Notes under the pieces: generated by a model
Databases searched by the model: none
Seen by the model: the letters and a program-made list of their open reading frames with translations, nothing else
Told to the model about the DNA's origin: nothing
DNA from: Candidatus Magasanikiibacteriota bacterium
GTDB taxonomy: Bacteria; Patescibacteriota; Patescibacteriia; Magasanikbacterales; UBA922
NCBI GenBank assembly: GCA_002716765.1
Contig: PBBY01000016.1
Coordinates: forward strand, 47,322 to 111,321
Length of the DNA stretch: 64,000 nt
Direction of reading: 5' to 3'
Made by a program: the position numbers and the translations under genes
Part shown: one piece after another, positions 20,676 to 29,645 of the stretch
Position numbering within the stretch: position 1 is the stretch's first letter
How the letters are laid out: every line of letters starts with the position of its first letter

Positions 20676-21602
20676 TTACCTGTTTTTCTTTTTTGGTTTT
20701 TGCGCCAACATAATGTACCCCTGACTTTCTACAAATCGACCAAGAGTCACCATTTCTATCAATGAATATAATTCTGCAAGTGCGGTAGAATACGGATGTA
20801 GTTTTTTCTTTAAATTATATAACCACTTATTACAATTTCGTAACACGAAGAACCGTTTTTGCTTGGATAGTGCAGGATACAATTCGTCTGGATGAACAAA
20901 AAACTTTGCCCAAACCGTTGTATACATTTTTTTAATACGAAAACCAGTTTTTTGAAATAATCGCACTAATTCTTTTTTGGAATATAATGAGATATGAAAC
21001 TCCGCATGCGGATCGGTGCTTACTCCTCTTTTAAACAAATAATTTCGTATATATGCATGTTTCCCTAAAGCTGACTCACTAAAAACAGTAAAAATGCCCC
21101 CAGGTTTTACAATACGATATACATCTTTAAGCCAGCGCGGCACATCTTCTACGTGACCTAACACATCCGAAGAATAAACAATATCAAACGTATTTGCTTT
21201 ATATGGAAAATATGTCCCATTATACCATTCAACCGGTATAGTCATACCATATTTACGCATATTTTCTCGTGCCATTTCTACCTGAATATGCACCACATCT
21301 ATACCATATATTTCTACTGCGTCGCCAAAAAAATAAGTCATATCTATTAAAGACGAACCAGTCGCACAACCAACATCCAGTATTTTAATGGGTTCTTTTT
21401 TATTATGTGATTGTATATATTTTTGTATATACCGAAATAATAAAAATCGTTTTGGATAAAATATAAGCAAAAAACGATCTTTGAGCGTGACCGGCTGACT
21501 AAAGACAGGACGCGAATCCCATATTTCGGACCCATGATCATCTTTTACTCCCCAACCGCGTGTATTGTTTTTCTTGGTTTTCATACGCAAGTATTGTATC
21601 AT
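20676..21602 (-). CDS. Class I SAM-dependent methyltransferase
   Basis: Motif I ILDVGCATGSSLID. The start is uncertain: the longest ORF (to 21680) would overlap the divergent truB start, so an internal ATG (21602) was used. Confidence 0.65.
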   Translation of the reverse strand: MIQYLRMKTKKNNTRGWGVKDDHGSEIWDSRPVFSQPVTLKDRFLLIFYPKRFLLFRYIQKYIQSHNKKEPIKILDVGCATGSSLIDMTYFFGDAVEIYGIDVVHIQVEMARENMRKYGMTIPVEWYNGTYFPYKANTFDIVYSSDVLGHVEDVPRWLKDVYRIVKPGGIFTVFSESALGKHAYIRNYLFKRGVSTDPHAEFHISLYSKKELVRLFQKTGFRIKKMYTTVWAKFFVHPDELYPALSKQKRFFVLRNCNKWLYNLKKKLHPYSTALAELYSLIEMVTLGRFVESQGYIMLAQKPKKKNR

Positions 21603-21636
21603 ATACCATATATCAATCAAATAGCGTATCTGTTTT

Positions 21637-22325
21637 ATGGAAGATTTACCACACAATTCTGGGTTTTTACTTATAGACAAACCAAAAGACTGGACGAGCC
21701 ACGATGTTGTGGGTTATTTACGAAAAATAACCGGGATAAAAAAAATAGGCCACGCTGGCACACTCGATCCATTTGCCACAGGCCTGCTTATTGTTGGTGT
21801 TGGAAGAAGTGCAACAAAGCAACTCGATGATTTTAAAGGGTTACCAAAAACATATAATGCAATAATTCATCTTGGTGCCACTTCGGACACACAAGATTCC
21901 ACCGGAATAATAACAGAACAATCTAAATACACAATTCCAACACTTTCTGACATACAAAAAACGCTTCCTTCTTTTATTGGTAAACAAACACAAATACCAC
22001 CAATGCATAGCGCAAAAAAGTTAATGGACAAAAACTATACACCTTAGCAAGAAAAGGAATAGAAATAGAAAGAACACCACACGAGATTACTATTTATAAC
22101 ATTACTCAAGAAGAATATACTTTTCCCACGCTTACCATTACCGTGCATTGCTCAACTGGTACATACATTAGAACACTTGCACATGATATTGGTCAAAAAT
22201 TAACAACCGGCGCGTATTGCAAAGAACTAAGAAGAGTAAATATTGGGAAACATGACGTAGAAAAAGCGCAAAAGCCAAAAGATATAACAAAGGAAAATTG
22301 GCAAAAGTATATATTTCATATATAA
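21637..22325 (+). CDS. truB: tRNA pseudouridine(55) synthase TruB, reading frame interrupted
   Basis: N-part LLIDKPKDWTSHDVVGYLRKITGIKKIGHAGTLDPFATGLL has the catalytic Asp motif. The TruB continuation KVNGQKLYTLARKGIEIER..CSTGTYIRTLAHDIG is in the +2 frame after an A6 run at 22014-22019; inserting one A restores a roughly 229-aa TruB lacking a PUA domain. Confidence 0.75.
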
Positions 22326-22390
22326 AAAAATCCCCCGTATCGAGTACATCATAATAAATGACATAAACGACACGGGAGACGAAGTTAAAA
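22321..22390 (-). terminator. Stem-loop A1: 7-bp stem (CTCCCGT/ACGGGGG), ~40-nt conserved loop, then U-tract on the minus strand, at the 3' end of the 78-aa membrane gene
   Basis: Read on the minus strand: ctcccGTgtcg…gatACgggggattttttta. It is a paralog of A2. Confidence 0.55.
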
Positions 22391-22397
22391 GCGGTGT

Positions 22398-22634
22398 TTA
22401 TAGCCGGAAAAATTTCCAGACTACGATGCCTAGAACAACCCACCATCCTACAAATAGGTAAGTGGTGTAAATTACCACATACTTAAGGATGATTGGTTTA
22501 AAAGATCGCACCTCTTTTTTAACCATGCGCAGCCCTGCGTATGACGCATTTGTCACACGTGGGACCGTGGTTGAAATAGAGTGAAACCAAACACTCACCA
22601 CAAAACAAACGACAAATAAAACAGTGAAGACCAT
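22398..22634 (-). CDS. Small multi-pass membrane protein (paralog of the C-terminal half of 22807-23334)
   Basis: 78 aa with two hydrophobic helices. Preceded by SD AAAGGAG-9nt-ATG and a TTGACA-N18-TATACT promoter. Its 3' end abuts stem-loop A1. Confidence 0.45.
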   Translation of the reverse strand: MVFTVLFVVCFVVSVWFHSISTTVPRVTNASYAGLRMVKKEVRSFKPIILKYVVIYTTYLFVGWWVVLGIVVWKFFRL

Positions 22635-22688
22635 TTCACTTTACTCCTTTTTTTAGATTTATGGCTATAGTATATAACAAAAAATTAA

Positions 22689-22749
22689 TTTTTGTCAAGT
22701 CTATTAACACATTTGTTTATTTTTTAGCTTATTTTAGTTTATTTTAAAA
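22689..22749 (-). promoter_or_regulatory. Repeat B1: 61-nt exact copy containing the -35 TTGACA and AT-rich upstream region for the 78-aa gene (-10 TATACT at 18-nt spacing)
   Basis: Identical to 23389-23449. The minus strand reads …aatagacTTGACAaaa. Confidence 0.55.
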
Positions 22750-22750
22750 G

Positions 22751-22815
22751 CAAAAATCCCCCACATCGAGTACATCATAACTGACATTAACTACGTGGGA
22801 GACAAGTTATAGGAT
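22751..22815 (-). terminator. Stem-loop A2: same element with compensatory stem changes (CTCCCAC/GTGGGGG), overlapping the 3' end of the 176-aa membrane gene
   Basis: About 85% identical to A1. The two dinucleotide differences in the stem (GT to AC and AC to GT) are mutually compensatory. A U-tract follows on the minus strand. Confidence 0.55.
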
Positions 22816-23334
22816 ATTTTTAACCATACCAACAAACGTAGAAATTGCCTTCGAGATACTCAAGACACCAACAGAAAGCTGATATACTAACCAGGCACTA
22901 TAACTGAGTAAAACAGTAACAAAACAGCCCCATTTTACTACGATAAACGTGGTAATAGCAGAAAGAACTCTTTTGTGGCCAGGAATGAAGAATACCATCA
23001 TTCCAACCACTTTATATGCTCCAATCCACAGAAAGAGGGTGCAGCATAGCCCAACACCTATCCAAGGTAGTGGTCGACTCAACAATGCGCTAAGACCTAA
23101 GGTGGAAGGCCCATCACCCCAAAGGAAAGCTGTGACAACTCCCACAACGAGCCCCACAAACCAACTTGGAGAGCGACGAGCTCTTTTTGCTGCCCTAACC
23201 ATGATTCGCTGAATGCGCCGCTCTGACATCCACCACGTGTTCCAGGTCCACCAAGACAACACTTCAAGACAGGCCCAGATACCAATAATTTCCAAGCAGA
23301 AGCCGCCAATACTGGTAAAAAGTGAAATGATCAA
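22807..23334 (-). CDS. Multi-pass membrane protein, Trp-rich (LSWWTWNTWW), GC-rich coding sequence
   Basis: Start taken at TTG 23334, downstream of TTGACA-N17-TATTAT and SD AAGGAG. The longer ORF beginning with GTG at 23379 would include the -10 box. Four to five predicted TM helices. The C-terminal ~70 aa resemble the 78-aa neighbour (…AISTFVGMVKN vs …ASYAGLRMVKK). Confidence 0.5.
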   Translation of the reverse strand: MIISLFTSIGGFCLEIIGIWACLEVLSWWTWNTWWMSERRIQRIMVRAAKRARRSPSWFVGLVVGVVTAFLWGDGPSTLGLSALLSRPLPWIGVGLCCTLFLWIGAYKVVGMMVFFIPGHKRVLSAITTFIVVKWGCFVTVLLSYSAWLVYQLSVGVLSISKAISTFVGMVKNIL

Positions 23335-23388
23335 AATAACTCCTTTTTTTTGTATATTTTTAACAAGACATAATACCACTTTTTTCTT

Positions 23389-23449
23389 TTTTTGTCAAGT
23401 CTATTAACACATTTGTTTATTTTTTAGCTTATTTTAGTTTATTTTAAAA
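23389..23449 (-). promoter_or_regulatory. Repeat B2: 61-nt exact copy containing the -35 TTGACA for the 176-aa gene (TTGACA-N17-TATTAT)
   Basis: Identical to B1. It lies immediately downstream (minus strand) of the uvrA terminator. Confidence 0.55.
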
Positions 23450-23454
23450 ATAAA

Positions 23455-23488
23455 AACCCTCTTTATACTGTAAAGAGGGGTTTTTTTA
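23455..23488 (-). terminator. Rho-independent terminator downstream of uvrA (ccctcttta-tactg-taaagaggg with T/A runs on both sides)
   Basis: Perfect 9-bp stem and 5-nt loop, flanked by A-run and T-run. It can work in both directions. Confidence 0.7.
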
Positions 23489-23500
23489 TGGTGTGTGTAT

Positions 23501-26092
23501 TTATGGTAAGATTTTGCGTAAATACGTGCCAGTATGACTAAAACCACACCGCGCCACTTCTTCTGGTGTTCCTTCAATCACCACCTCCCCACCTTTATCT
23601 CCACCATCTGGCCCTAAGTCTATTATCCAATCCGCACATTTTATTACGTCCAAATTATGCTCAATAACCATAACAGTATTTCCCAGAGAAACGAGTCGGT
23701 CAATAACGGTTATTAATTTTTGTACATCTTCATAATGCAGTCCGGTTGTTGGCTCATCGAGTAAATAAAGTGTTTTAGTGGTATTTCTTTTTGCCAACTC
23801 TTTTGATAACTTAATTCTTTGTGCTTCTCCACCAGATAATGTTTTTGCCGATTGCCCAAGTGTTAAATATCCTAAACCAACTTGATGCAACATAGAAAGC
23901 TTATCTGAAATGGTGGGAATATCGGTAAAAAATTCTGCCGCTTCTTCTATGGTCATCTGTAATACTTCTGCGATATTCTTTTTATTGTAATACACTTGTA
24001 ATGTTTCTTTGTTAAATCTTGCACCGTTACACACATCACAAATAATTTCTACACTCGGCAAAAAGTGCATTTCTATTTCTAACATACCACGCCCTTCGCA
24101 ATGTTCGCATCTTCCGCCAGGCCTATTAAAACTAAAACGACCTTTTTTATATCCACGAATTCTTGCTTCTGGTGTTGCAGCAAAGATATCACGAATTCCA
24201 TCGTATGCTTTTGTGTATGTTGCAGGATTACTCCTAGGCGTTCTTCCAATTGCACTTTGATCAATGCGTATAATTTTATCTATATATTCAAGCCCTTTAA
24301 TCTGTTTGTGCGCGCCGATCGGTTTGTCTACATGATGCAGTTTATTTGCAATTGCGCGATGCACTATCTTATGCATAAACGTAGATTTTCCTGACCCAGA
24401 AACACCGGTTAAACACACAAAGCGGCGTAACGGAATGTTTACTCGTATATTTTTGAGATTATGCTCTGTTGCACCACTCACAACGATTTTTGGTGAATAC
24501 TTATCTACTTTTCTTCTTTTTTTTGGCAGCGCAATATGTTTTTCTCTGCGTAAATATTTTCCTGTTATTGATTGTTCCGGATCTCCTATTACCTTACAAT
24601 CGATATCTTCTATTTTTTTACTCTTCTTACCTTTTTTATGTGCATTAAGTAATGTATTTACTGGGCCAGAAAAAACAATATTTCCACCATGCACTCCTGC
24701 TCCCGGACCAATATCTACAATCCAATCACTAAGCAAAATAGTGTCTTCATCATGTTCCACCACAATAATAGTATTTCCTATATCACAAAGATTACGCAAG
24801 GTTTGAATAAGTTGATCATTATCTTTTTGATGCAAACCAATGGTTGGTTCATCTAAAACATACATTGCACCAACCAATTGCTGACCAACTTGTGATGCCA
24901 ATCTAATTCGCTGTGCCTCTCCTCCAGAAAGTGTTCCGGCACGTCTTTGGAGTGTGACATAATGTAATCCAACATTGAACAAAAACTGTATTCGATTTTG
25001 AATCTCTCGTAACGCTGCCGAAACTATATCTTGTTCCTGTTCTGAAAGTGTGTCTACTACGGTAGCAAAAAAAGTATGCGCTTCTTCAATAGTAAGACCT
25101 ACAATATCTGCAATATTTTTTTCTCCTATTTTTACACTTAACGCATGATCATTTAATCGTTTTCCATTACATGTCTTGCAAAGTTCTTCGCTAAATAATT
25201 CTGCGGTGCCAAGTCCGGTGCAATCTTTGCATTGACCATACGGGCTATTAAAGCTAAATAAGCGCGGCTCAATTTCTGGAAAACTATACCCATCTTTTGG
25301 ACATGAATATTCTGTGCTATACATTACCTCCTCTCCATTTGGAAATAAAACGGTGCACAAACCATTAGATAAATCTACCGCTGACTCAATTGCTTCTGCC
25401 AAACGCTGTTTCTCTCCGTTATCCATTTCTGCGGTAGTAATTGGTGGTGTGTCTATAACAATTTCAATGGTATGTTTTTTATTTTTTGATAATAGTATTT
25501 TTTCTCGTAAACTTTTCATTTTTCCATCAACCCGTACCTGTAAAAATCCAGCATTATACATATCATAAAGCATTTGATAGTACTCCCCTTTTCTTCCACG
25601 AACAACTGGAGCAAATATAGTACATGTCCCATCCTTTATTTTATTTTTAACCGTTGTTTTTAATGCTTTGATAATGTGTACATTCATTTCGTCCGTGGTC
25701 ATTTTTTCTATTTTTGTACCACAAACCGGACAGTGTGGTTTTCCAACTCTAGCAAAAAGGACGCGCAAATAATCATAAATTTCGGTAATTGTTGCAACCG
25801 TTGATCGTGGATTTGCACTATGCGCTTTTTGGTCGATTGAAATTCCCGGGGATAACCCTTCTATTTCATCCACGTCTGGTTTTTGCATGCCACCCAAAAA
25901 CTGCCTGGCATATGCCGAAAGACTTTCTACATATCGTCTTTGTCCTTCTGCAAAAATAGTATCAAAAGCAAGACTCGATTTTCCAGAGCCGGATAAGCCA
26001 GTAAAGACCACCATCTTGTTGCGTGGTAGTTCCACATCAATATTCTTTAAATTATGTTCGCGCGCACCTGTAATTTTTATTTTATCTTGCAT
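23501..26092 (-). CDS. uvrA: Excinuclease ABC subunit A
   Basis: Tandem ABC ATPase modules ([12 protein letters not shown].., [10 protein letters not shown]..), zinc-finger Cys clusters and the LSGGEAQR signature. 863 aa. Confidence 0.95.
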   Translation of the reverse strand: MQDKIKITGAREHNLKNIDVELPRNKMVVFTGLSGSGKSSLAFDTIFAEGQRRYVESLSAYARQFLGGMQKPDVDEIEGLSPGISIDQKAHSANPRSTVATITEIYDYLRVLFARVGKPHCPVCGTKIEKMTTDEMNVHIIKALKTTVKNKIKDGTCTIFAPVVRGRKGEYYQMLYDMYNAGFLQVRVDGKMKSLREKILLSKNKKHTIEIVIDTPPITTAEMDNGEKQRLAEAIESAVDLSNGLCTVLFPNGEEVMYSTEYSCPKDGYSFPEIEPRLFSFNSPYGQCKDCTGLGTAELFSEELCKTCNGKRLNDHALSVKIGEKNIADIVGLTIEEAHTFFATVVDTLSEQEQDIVSAALREIQNRIQFLFNVGLHYVTLQRRAGTLSGGEAQRIRLASQVGQQLVGAMYVLDEPTIGLHQKDNDQLIQTLRNLCDIGNTIIVVEHDEDTILLSDWIVDIGPGAGVHGGNIVFSGPVNTLLNAHKKGKKSKKIEDIDCKVIGDPEQSITGKYLRREKHIALPKKRRKVDKYSPKIVVSGATEHNLKNIRVNIPLRRFVCLTGVSGSGKSTFMHKIVHRAIANKLHHVDKPIGAHKQIKGLEYIDKIIRIDQSAIGRTPRSNPATYTKAYDGIRDIFAATPEARIRGYKKGRFSFNRPGGRCEHCEGRGMLEIEMHFLPSVEIICDVCNGARFNKETLQVYYNKKNIAEVLQMTIEEAAEFFTDIPTISDKLSMLHQVGLGYLTLGQSAKTLSGGEAQRIKLSKELAKRNTTKTLYLLDEPTTGLHYEDVQKLITVIDRLVSLGNTVMVIEHNLDVIKCADWIIDLGPDGGDKGGEVVIEGTPEEVARCGFSHTGTYLRKILP

Positions 26093-26165
26093 AAATATAG
26101 CTAAAACACAAAAACGCCCCTTTTCGGGGTATATCTATTATATGTAACTAAAAGAACATGCGTAT

Positions 26166-26193
26166 AGTATATCAACAGCCTTGCTCTTGTCAA
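26166..26193 (-). promoter_or_regulatory. Putative sigma70-type promoter for uvrA (TTGACA-N16-TATACT, minus strand)
   Basis: The minus strand reads tttcTTGACAagagcaaggctgttgaTATACT, about 70 nt upstream of the uvrA start. Confidence 0.4.
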
Positions 26194-26257
26194 ATAGAAA
26201 AAAATAGTGTAGACTATATTATTACGCTAAATTTAAGGTAATAATATTATTTACTAT

Positions 26258-26857
26258 ATGAAAAACACCACCACATTGTTTGTATGTGTGTTGACTGTTC
26301 TTATTGCCACTGGTTTTGGTTGCAAAGAACAAAACGTACAAAACGTAAACGCCACACAAAAAAAGTCAGCATTCGTTGAAAAAGAGACAGATAATACTGC
26401 GACACCCGAAGAAGTTACTGAAGAGATCGCACAAGAAGTAACACCTTCTGCAAAAAGTTCGGTAAGTGTTACTGCCCCAAAACAAGATAGCGTTTCGACC
26501 AAAATAGTATCAGTCACCGAAGTTGTTGAAACAACAAAAGAGCAAAAACACAAAACAGATTGTCCACAATCTAATCCACGAATTTTAGTAGACAGTTTTT
26601 ATGAGGCACTAAAAGGCGGAAAAGAAAAATTAGCATTAGAGTTAGTAGATATGAACGCCGAAGAATTACTTGCTTTTAAAGAAAAATGGCAACAGATTAC
26701 CGCCAATGATATTATTTATGCACAAGTGGTATACATAGACCATACCTTAGAAAATAGTAAAGAAAGAAAAGAAGTACAAGTGAGAAGAAATAATCATGTA
26801 GATATTTTCCTTACTGAAGTACGAGATGGAAAATGGTGGATTACACAAATTTCATAA
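26258..26857 (+). CDS. Hypothetical secreted/lipoprotein
   Basis: Signal peptide with Cys (LIATGFGCKEQ), then a T/E/V-rich low-complexity segment and a C-terminal globular part. Confidence 0.5.
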   Translation: MKNTTTLFVCVLTVLIATGFGCKEQNVQNVNATQKKSAFVEKETDNTATPEEVTEEIAQEVTPSAKSSVSVTAPKQDSVSTKIVSVTEVVETTKEQKHKTDCPQSNPRILVDSFYEALKGGKEKLALELVDMNAEELLAFKEKWQQITANDIIYAQVVYIDHTLENSKERKEVQVRRNNHVDIFLTEVRDGKWWITQIS

Positions 26858-26861
26858 CAAT

Positions 26862-26891
26862 AAAAAAACCCGCTTTAGCGCGGTTTTTTTG
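26862..26891. terminator. Bidirectional terminator between convergent genes (aaaaaaacccgctttagcgcggttttttt)
   Basis: GC stem with A-run and T-run on opposite sides, between 26258-26857(+) and 26875-27522(-). Confidence 0.55.
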
Positions 26892-27522
26892 TTCCAAACA
26901 TAAGTGGTTCTGGATGTGTTACTTCTTTTTGTATCCATCCTTTTAGTCTGGCGAGTTTTTCTCTCATATTGGTATGCCAAATATTTCCCACCAATCCAGA
27001 CGGGGTAATATCTGCAGCAACTCCAATGGTTTTTACCCCAAACTCATTACAAAAATACAATATTCTTGGTAAATGAAATGTCTGAGAAATAGCAATCACC
27101 TGGTCTAATTCCCAATCATATTTTGCTCTATAACAACTGGTATATGTGTTGTAGCCATGACCATCAATATCTATAATATCTTTTGGAACACCCAGTGTTA
27201 TTGCATGCGCTTTCATGGCATCTACTTCATTAAATCTTCTGGCGCCATTGTCTCCGGTCATAATCATTCTTTTTACTTTCCCATTTTTATATAATTCTAC
27301 CGCACGAACCACTCTATCTGTTTGGGCATTACTCATACTTCCATCCTCTTTCATGCCGCCACCAAAAACAAGAACTATGTTTTGTTTCGGAAGCGCCGTA
27401 ATGTCTTTTTCTATATACGAACTATACGAAAGAATGTGGAAATTCGCATACAGTAAAAATCCAAAACCAATACCGCCAAAAAGGATGATAAGACTGATAC
27501 TCTTTTTTATGTATTTTTTCAT
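26875..27522 (-). CDS. DUF218 / SanA-YdcF-like membrane-anchored protein
   Basis: N-terminal TM (SISLIILFGGIGFGFLLYA), then VLVFGGGMKEDGS..RMIMTGDNGARRFNEVDAMK matching the DUF218 fold. Start at MKKYIKK abuts the uvrB stop. Confidence 0.6.
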   Translation of the reverse strand: MKKYIKKSISLIILFGGIGFGFLLYANFHILSYSSYIEKDITALPKQNIVLVFGGGMKEDGSMSNAQTDRVVRAVELYKNGKVKRMIMTGDNGARRFNEVDAMKAHAITLGVPKDIIDIDGHGYNTYTSCYRAKYDWELDQVIAISQTFHLPRILYFCNEFGVKTIGVAADITPSGLVGNIWHTNMREKLARLKGWIQKEVTHPEPLMFGTKKPR

Positions 27523-27526
27523 ATTA

Positions 27527-29593
27527 TTATTTTTTAATATGTTTCCGGGCACGTAATTCTCGTATTTCGTCGCGCAGGATTGCTGCCAACTCAAATTCTA
27601 GTTTTTTTGCTGCGTCTTTCATTTGCACTTCTTTTTCTTGTATAATCTCGCGCATTGGCCTGGCGTCTCCAAGCAAATCTAGGGCCAGAGTATCTTGTAT
27701 CTTTTTTCCAATTTTTTTTGCGTGTTTTTGTTCTGAAGATACTATACCATATTCTTCTAACATATTCCTCATATGTTTTTGAATTGTTTTTGGTGTAATA
27801 TTGTGTGTTTTGTTATACGCCAACTGTTTTTCTCTTCTTCTGTTTGTTTCTGCAATCGCACGTTTTATAGAACCGGTAATCGTGTCGGCATATAGTATTA
27901 CTTGTCCGTTTACATTTCTTGCGGCTCGACCAATCGTTTGAATTAAGCTCGTATCACTTCGTAAAAACCCCTCTTTGTCGGCATCAAGAATAGCAACCAA
28001 AGACACTTCTGGAATATCTAACCCTTCTCGTAATAAGTTTACCCCAACCAAAATATCGTATTCACCTTTTCGAAGTGCCAAAATAATTTCTATTCGTTCA
28101 ATAGTTTTTATGTCGCTATGTAAATAGGCAACCTTGTACTGTTTTTCTTGTAAATAGTGCGACACATCTTCTGCCATTTTTTTGGTAAGTGTGGTAATAA
28201 GTACTCTTTCATTTTTTGCAATACGATCTTCTACGCGCAATATTACATCTTCCACTTGAGACAATGTCTGTTTTTTTGTTTTTTCATCCTTTTTTCCTGT
28301 AACAGGACAAATAATAATTTCTGGATCAATAAGGCCGGTTGGTCGAATAATTTGTTCTACCACTTGTCCGCTGTGTGCTATTTCATATTCTCCTGGCGTG
28401 GCAGAAACATATACAACATAATCGCGCAATGTATCAAATTCATCAAATTTTAGTGGCCTATTATCTAATGCGCTCGGAAGCCGAAATCCATGTTCTATTA
28501 ATGTTTTTTTTCTTGCCGCATCACCATTATACATACCACGAATTTGCGGCAACGTTACATGAGATTCGTCTATAATAGTTAAAAAACCATGTGTATTATG
28601 TTTTTGAGATGCATGATGAAAATAATCAAGCAAAGTAAACGGTGGTTCTCCGGATTTTCTTTCTTCGAAGTATCGTGAATAGTTTTCTATACCATTACAA
28701 TAACCAATATGCTGTATCATTTCTATATCATAATTTACTTTTCTTTTTAGTCGTTCATATTCAACCACCTTTTCCCTTTTTTCAAAATATGCCAATCGTT
28801 CCACCACATCTTTTTTAATATCTTTTATCGCACATTCTCTTGCTTTTTCACTTACCACATAATGTTTTGCAGGAAAAAACCACGCGTCGTTTACCGAGTG
28901 TAATACCTTATTTGTCACCGGATCAATACGTTCTATATGTTGAATAGTTTCGGCAATCTCACATCTATATATTACCTCTTCATTCACCGGCATAATATCA
29001 AAAATCTGACCACGCATACGAAACGTGCCACGAGTAAGATCACTATTTGTTCGTTCAAATTGCATATCTATAAGACGCTCCATCATGCCACGTCGATTGA
29101 GTGTTTGATCTTTTTCTATATGCAAAACACTTTTTTCATATTCTTTTGGCGATCCAATATTATATATGGCCGAAACCGAAGCAACGATAATAACATCTTT
29201 TTTTGTAAGAATTGCCTGTGTGCAGGCGTGGCGCAACCGATCTATTTCTTCATTAATCTGTGCCTCTTTTTCTATATAAGTATCGGTTGTTGGCATATAT
29301 GCCTCTGGCTGGTAATAATCATAATAACTCACAAAATATTCTACTGAACTATTTGGAAAGTAACCGCGAAATTCCTGACACAATTGTGCGGCAAGTGTTT
29401 TATTATGCGCAATAACCAGTGTTGGTAGCTGTGTTTTTTCTATAACATGCGCCATGGTAAATGTTTTTCCAGAACCAGTCACACCAAGGAGAGTTTGATC
29501 TTTTACCCCTTTTTGTATACCAGAAACAAGCCCTTGAATTGCTTTTGGCTGGTCTCCTGCTGGACTAAATTGTGCATTAATAGTAAATGTCAT
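27527..29593 (-). CDS. uvrB: Excinuclease ABC subunit B
   Basis: GVTGSGKTFTMAHVI Walker A, helicase motifs and a C-terminal UVR domain (ELRARKHIKK region). Start at MTFTINAQ. Confidence 0.95.
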   Translation of the reverse strand: MTFTINAQFSPAGDQPKAIQGLVSGIQKGVKDQTLLGVTGSGKTFTMAHVIEKTQLPTLVIAHNKTLAAQLCQEFRGYFPNSSVEYFVSYYDYYQPEAYMPTTDTYIEKEAQINEEIDRLRHACTQAILTKKDVIIVASVSAIYNIGSPKEYEKSVLHIEKDQTLNRRGMMERLIDMQFERTNSDLTRGTFRMRGQIFDIMPVNEEVIYRCEIAETIQHIERIDPVTNKVLHSVNDAWFFPAKHYVVSEKARECAIKDIKKDVVERLAYFEKREKVVEYERLKRKVNYDIEMIQHIGYCNGIENYSRYFEERKSGEPPFTLLDYFHHASQKHNTHGFLTIIDESHVTLPQIRGMYNGDAARKKTLIEHGFRLPSALDNRPLKFDEFDTLRDYVVYVSATPGEYEIAHSGQVVEQIIRPTGLIDPEIIICPVTGKKDEKTKKQTLSQVEDVILRVEDRIAKNERVLITTLTKKMAEDVSHYLQEKQYKVAYLHSDIKTIERIEIILALRKGEYDILVGVNLLREGLDIPEVSLVAILDADKEGFLRSDTSLIQTIGRAARNVNGQVILYADTITGSIKRAIAETNRRREKQLAYNKTHNITPKTIQKHMRNMLEEYGIVSSEQKHAKKIGKKIQDTLALDLLGDARPMREIIQEKEVQMKDAAKKLEFELAAILRDEIRELRARKHIKK

Positions 29594-29645
29594 GGTCAAA
29601 CTGTAGCAGAAAAAAACATTATATTCAATACCTGTACCTATGTTA

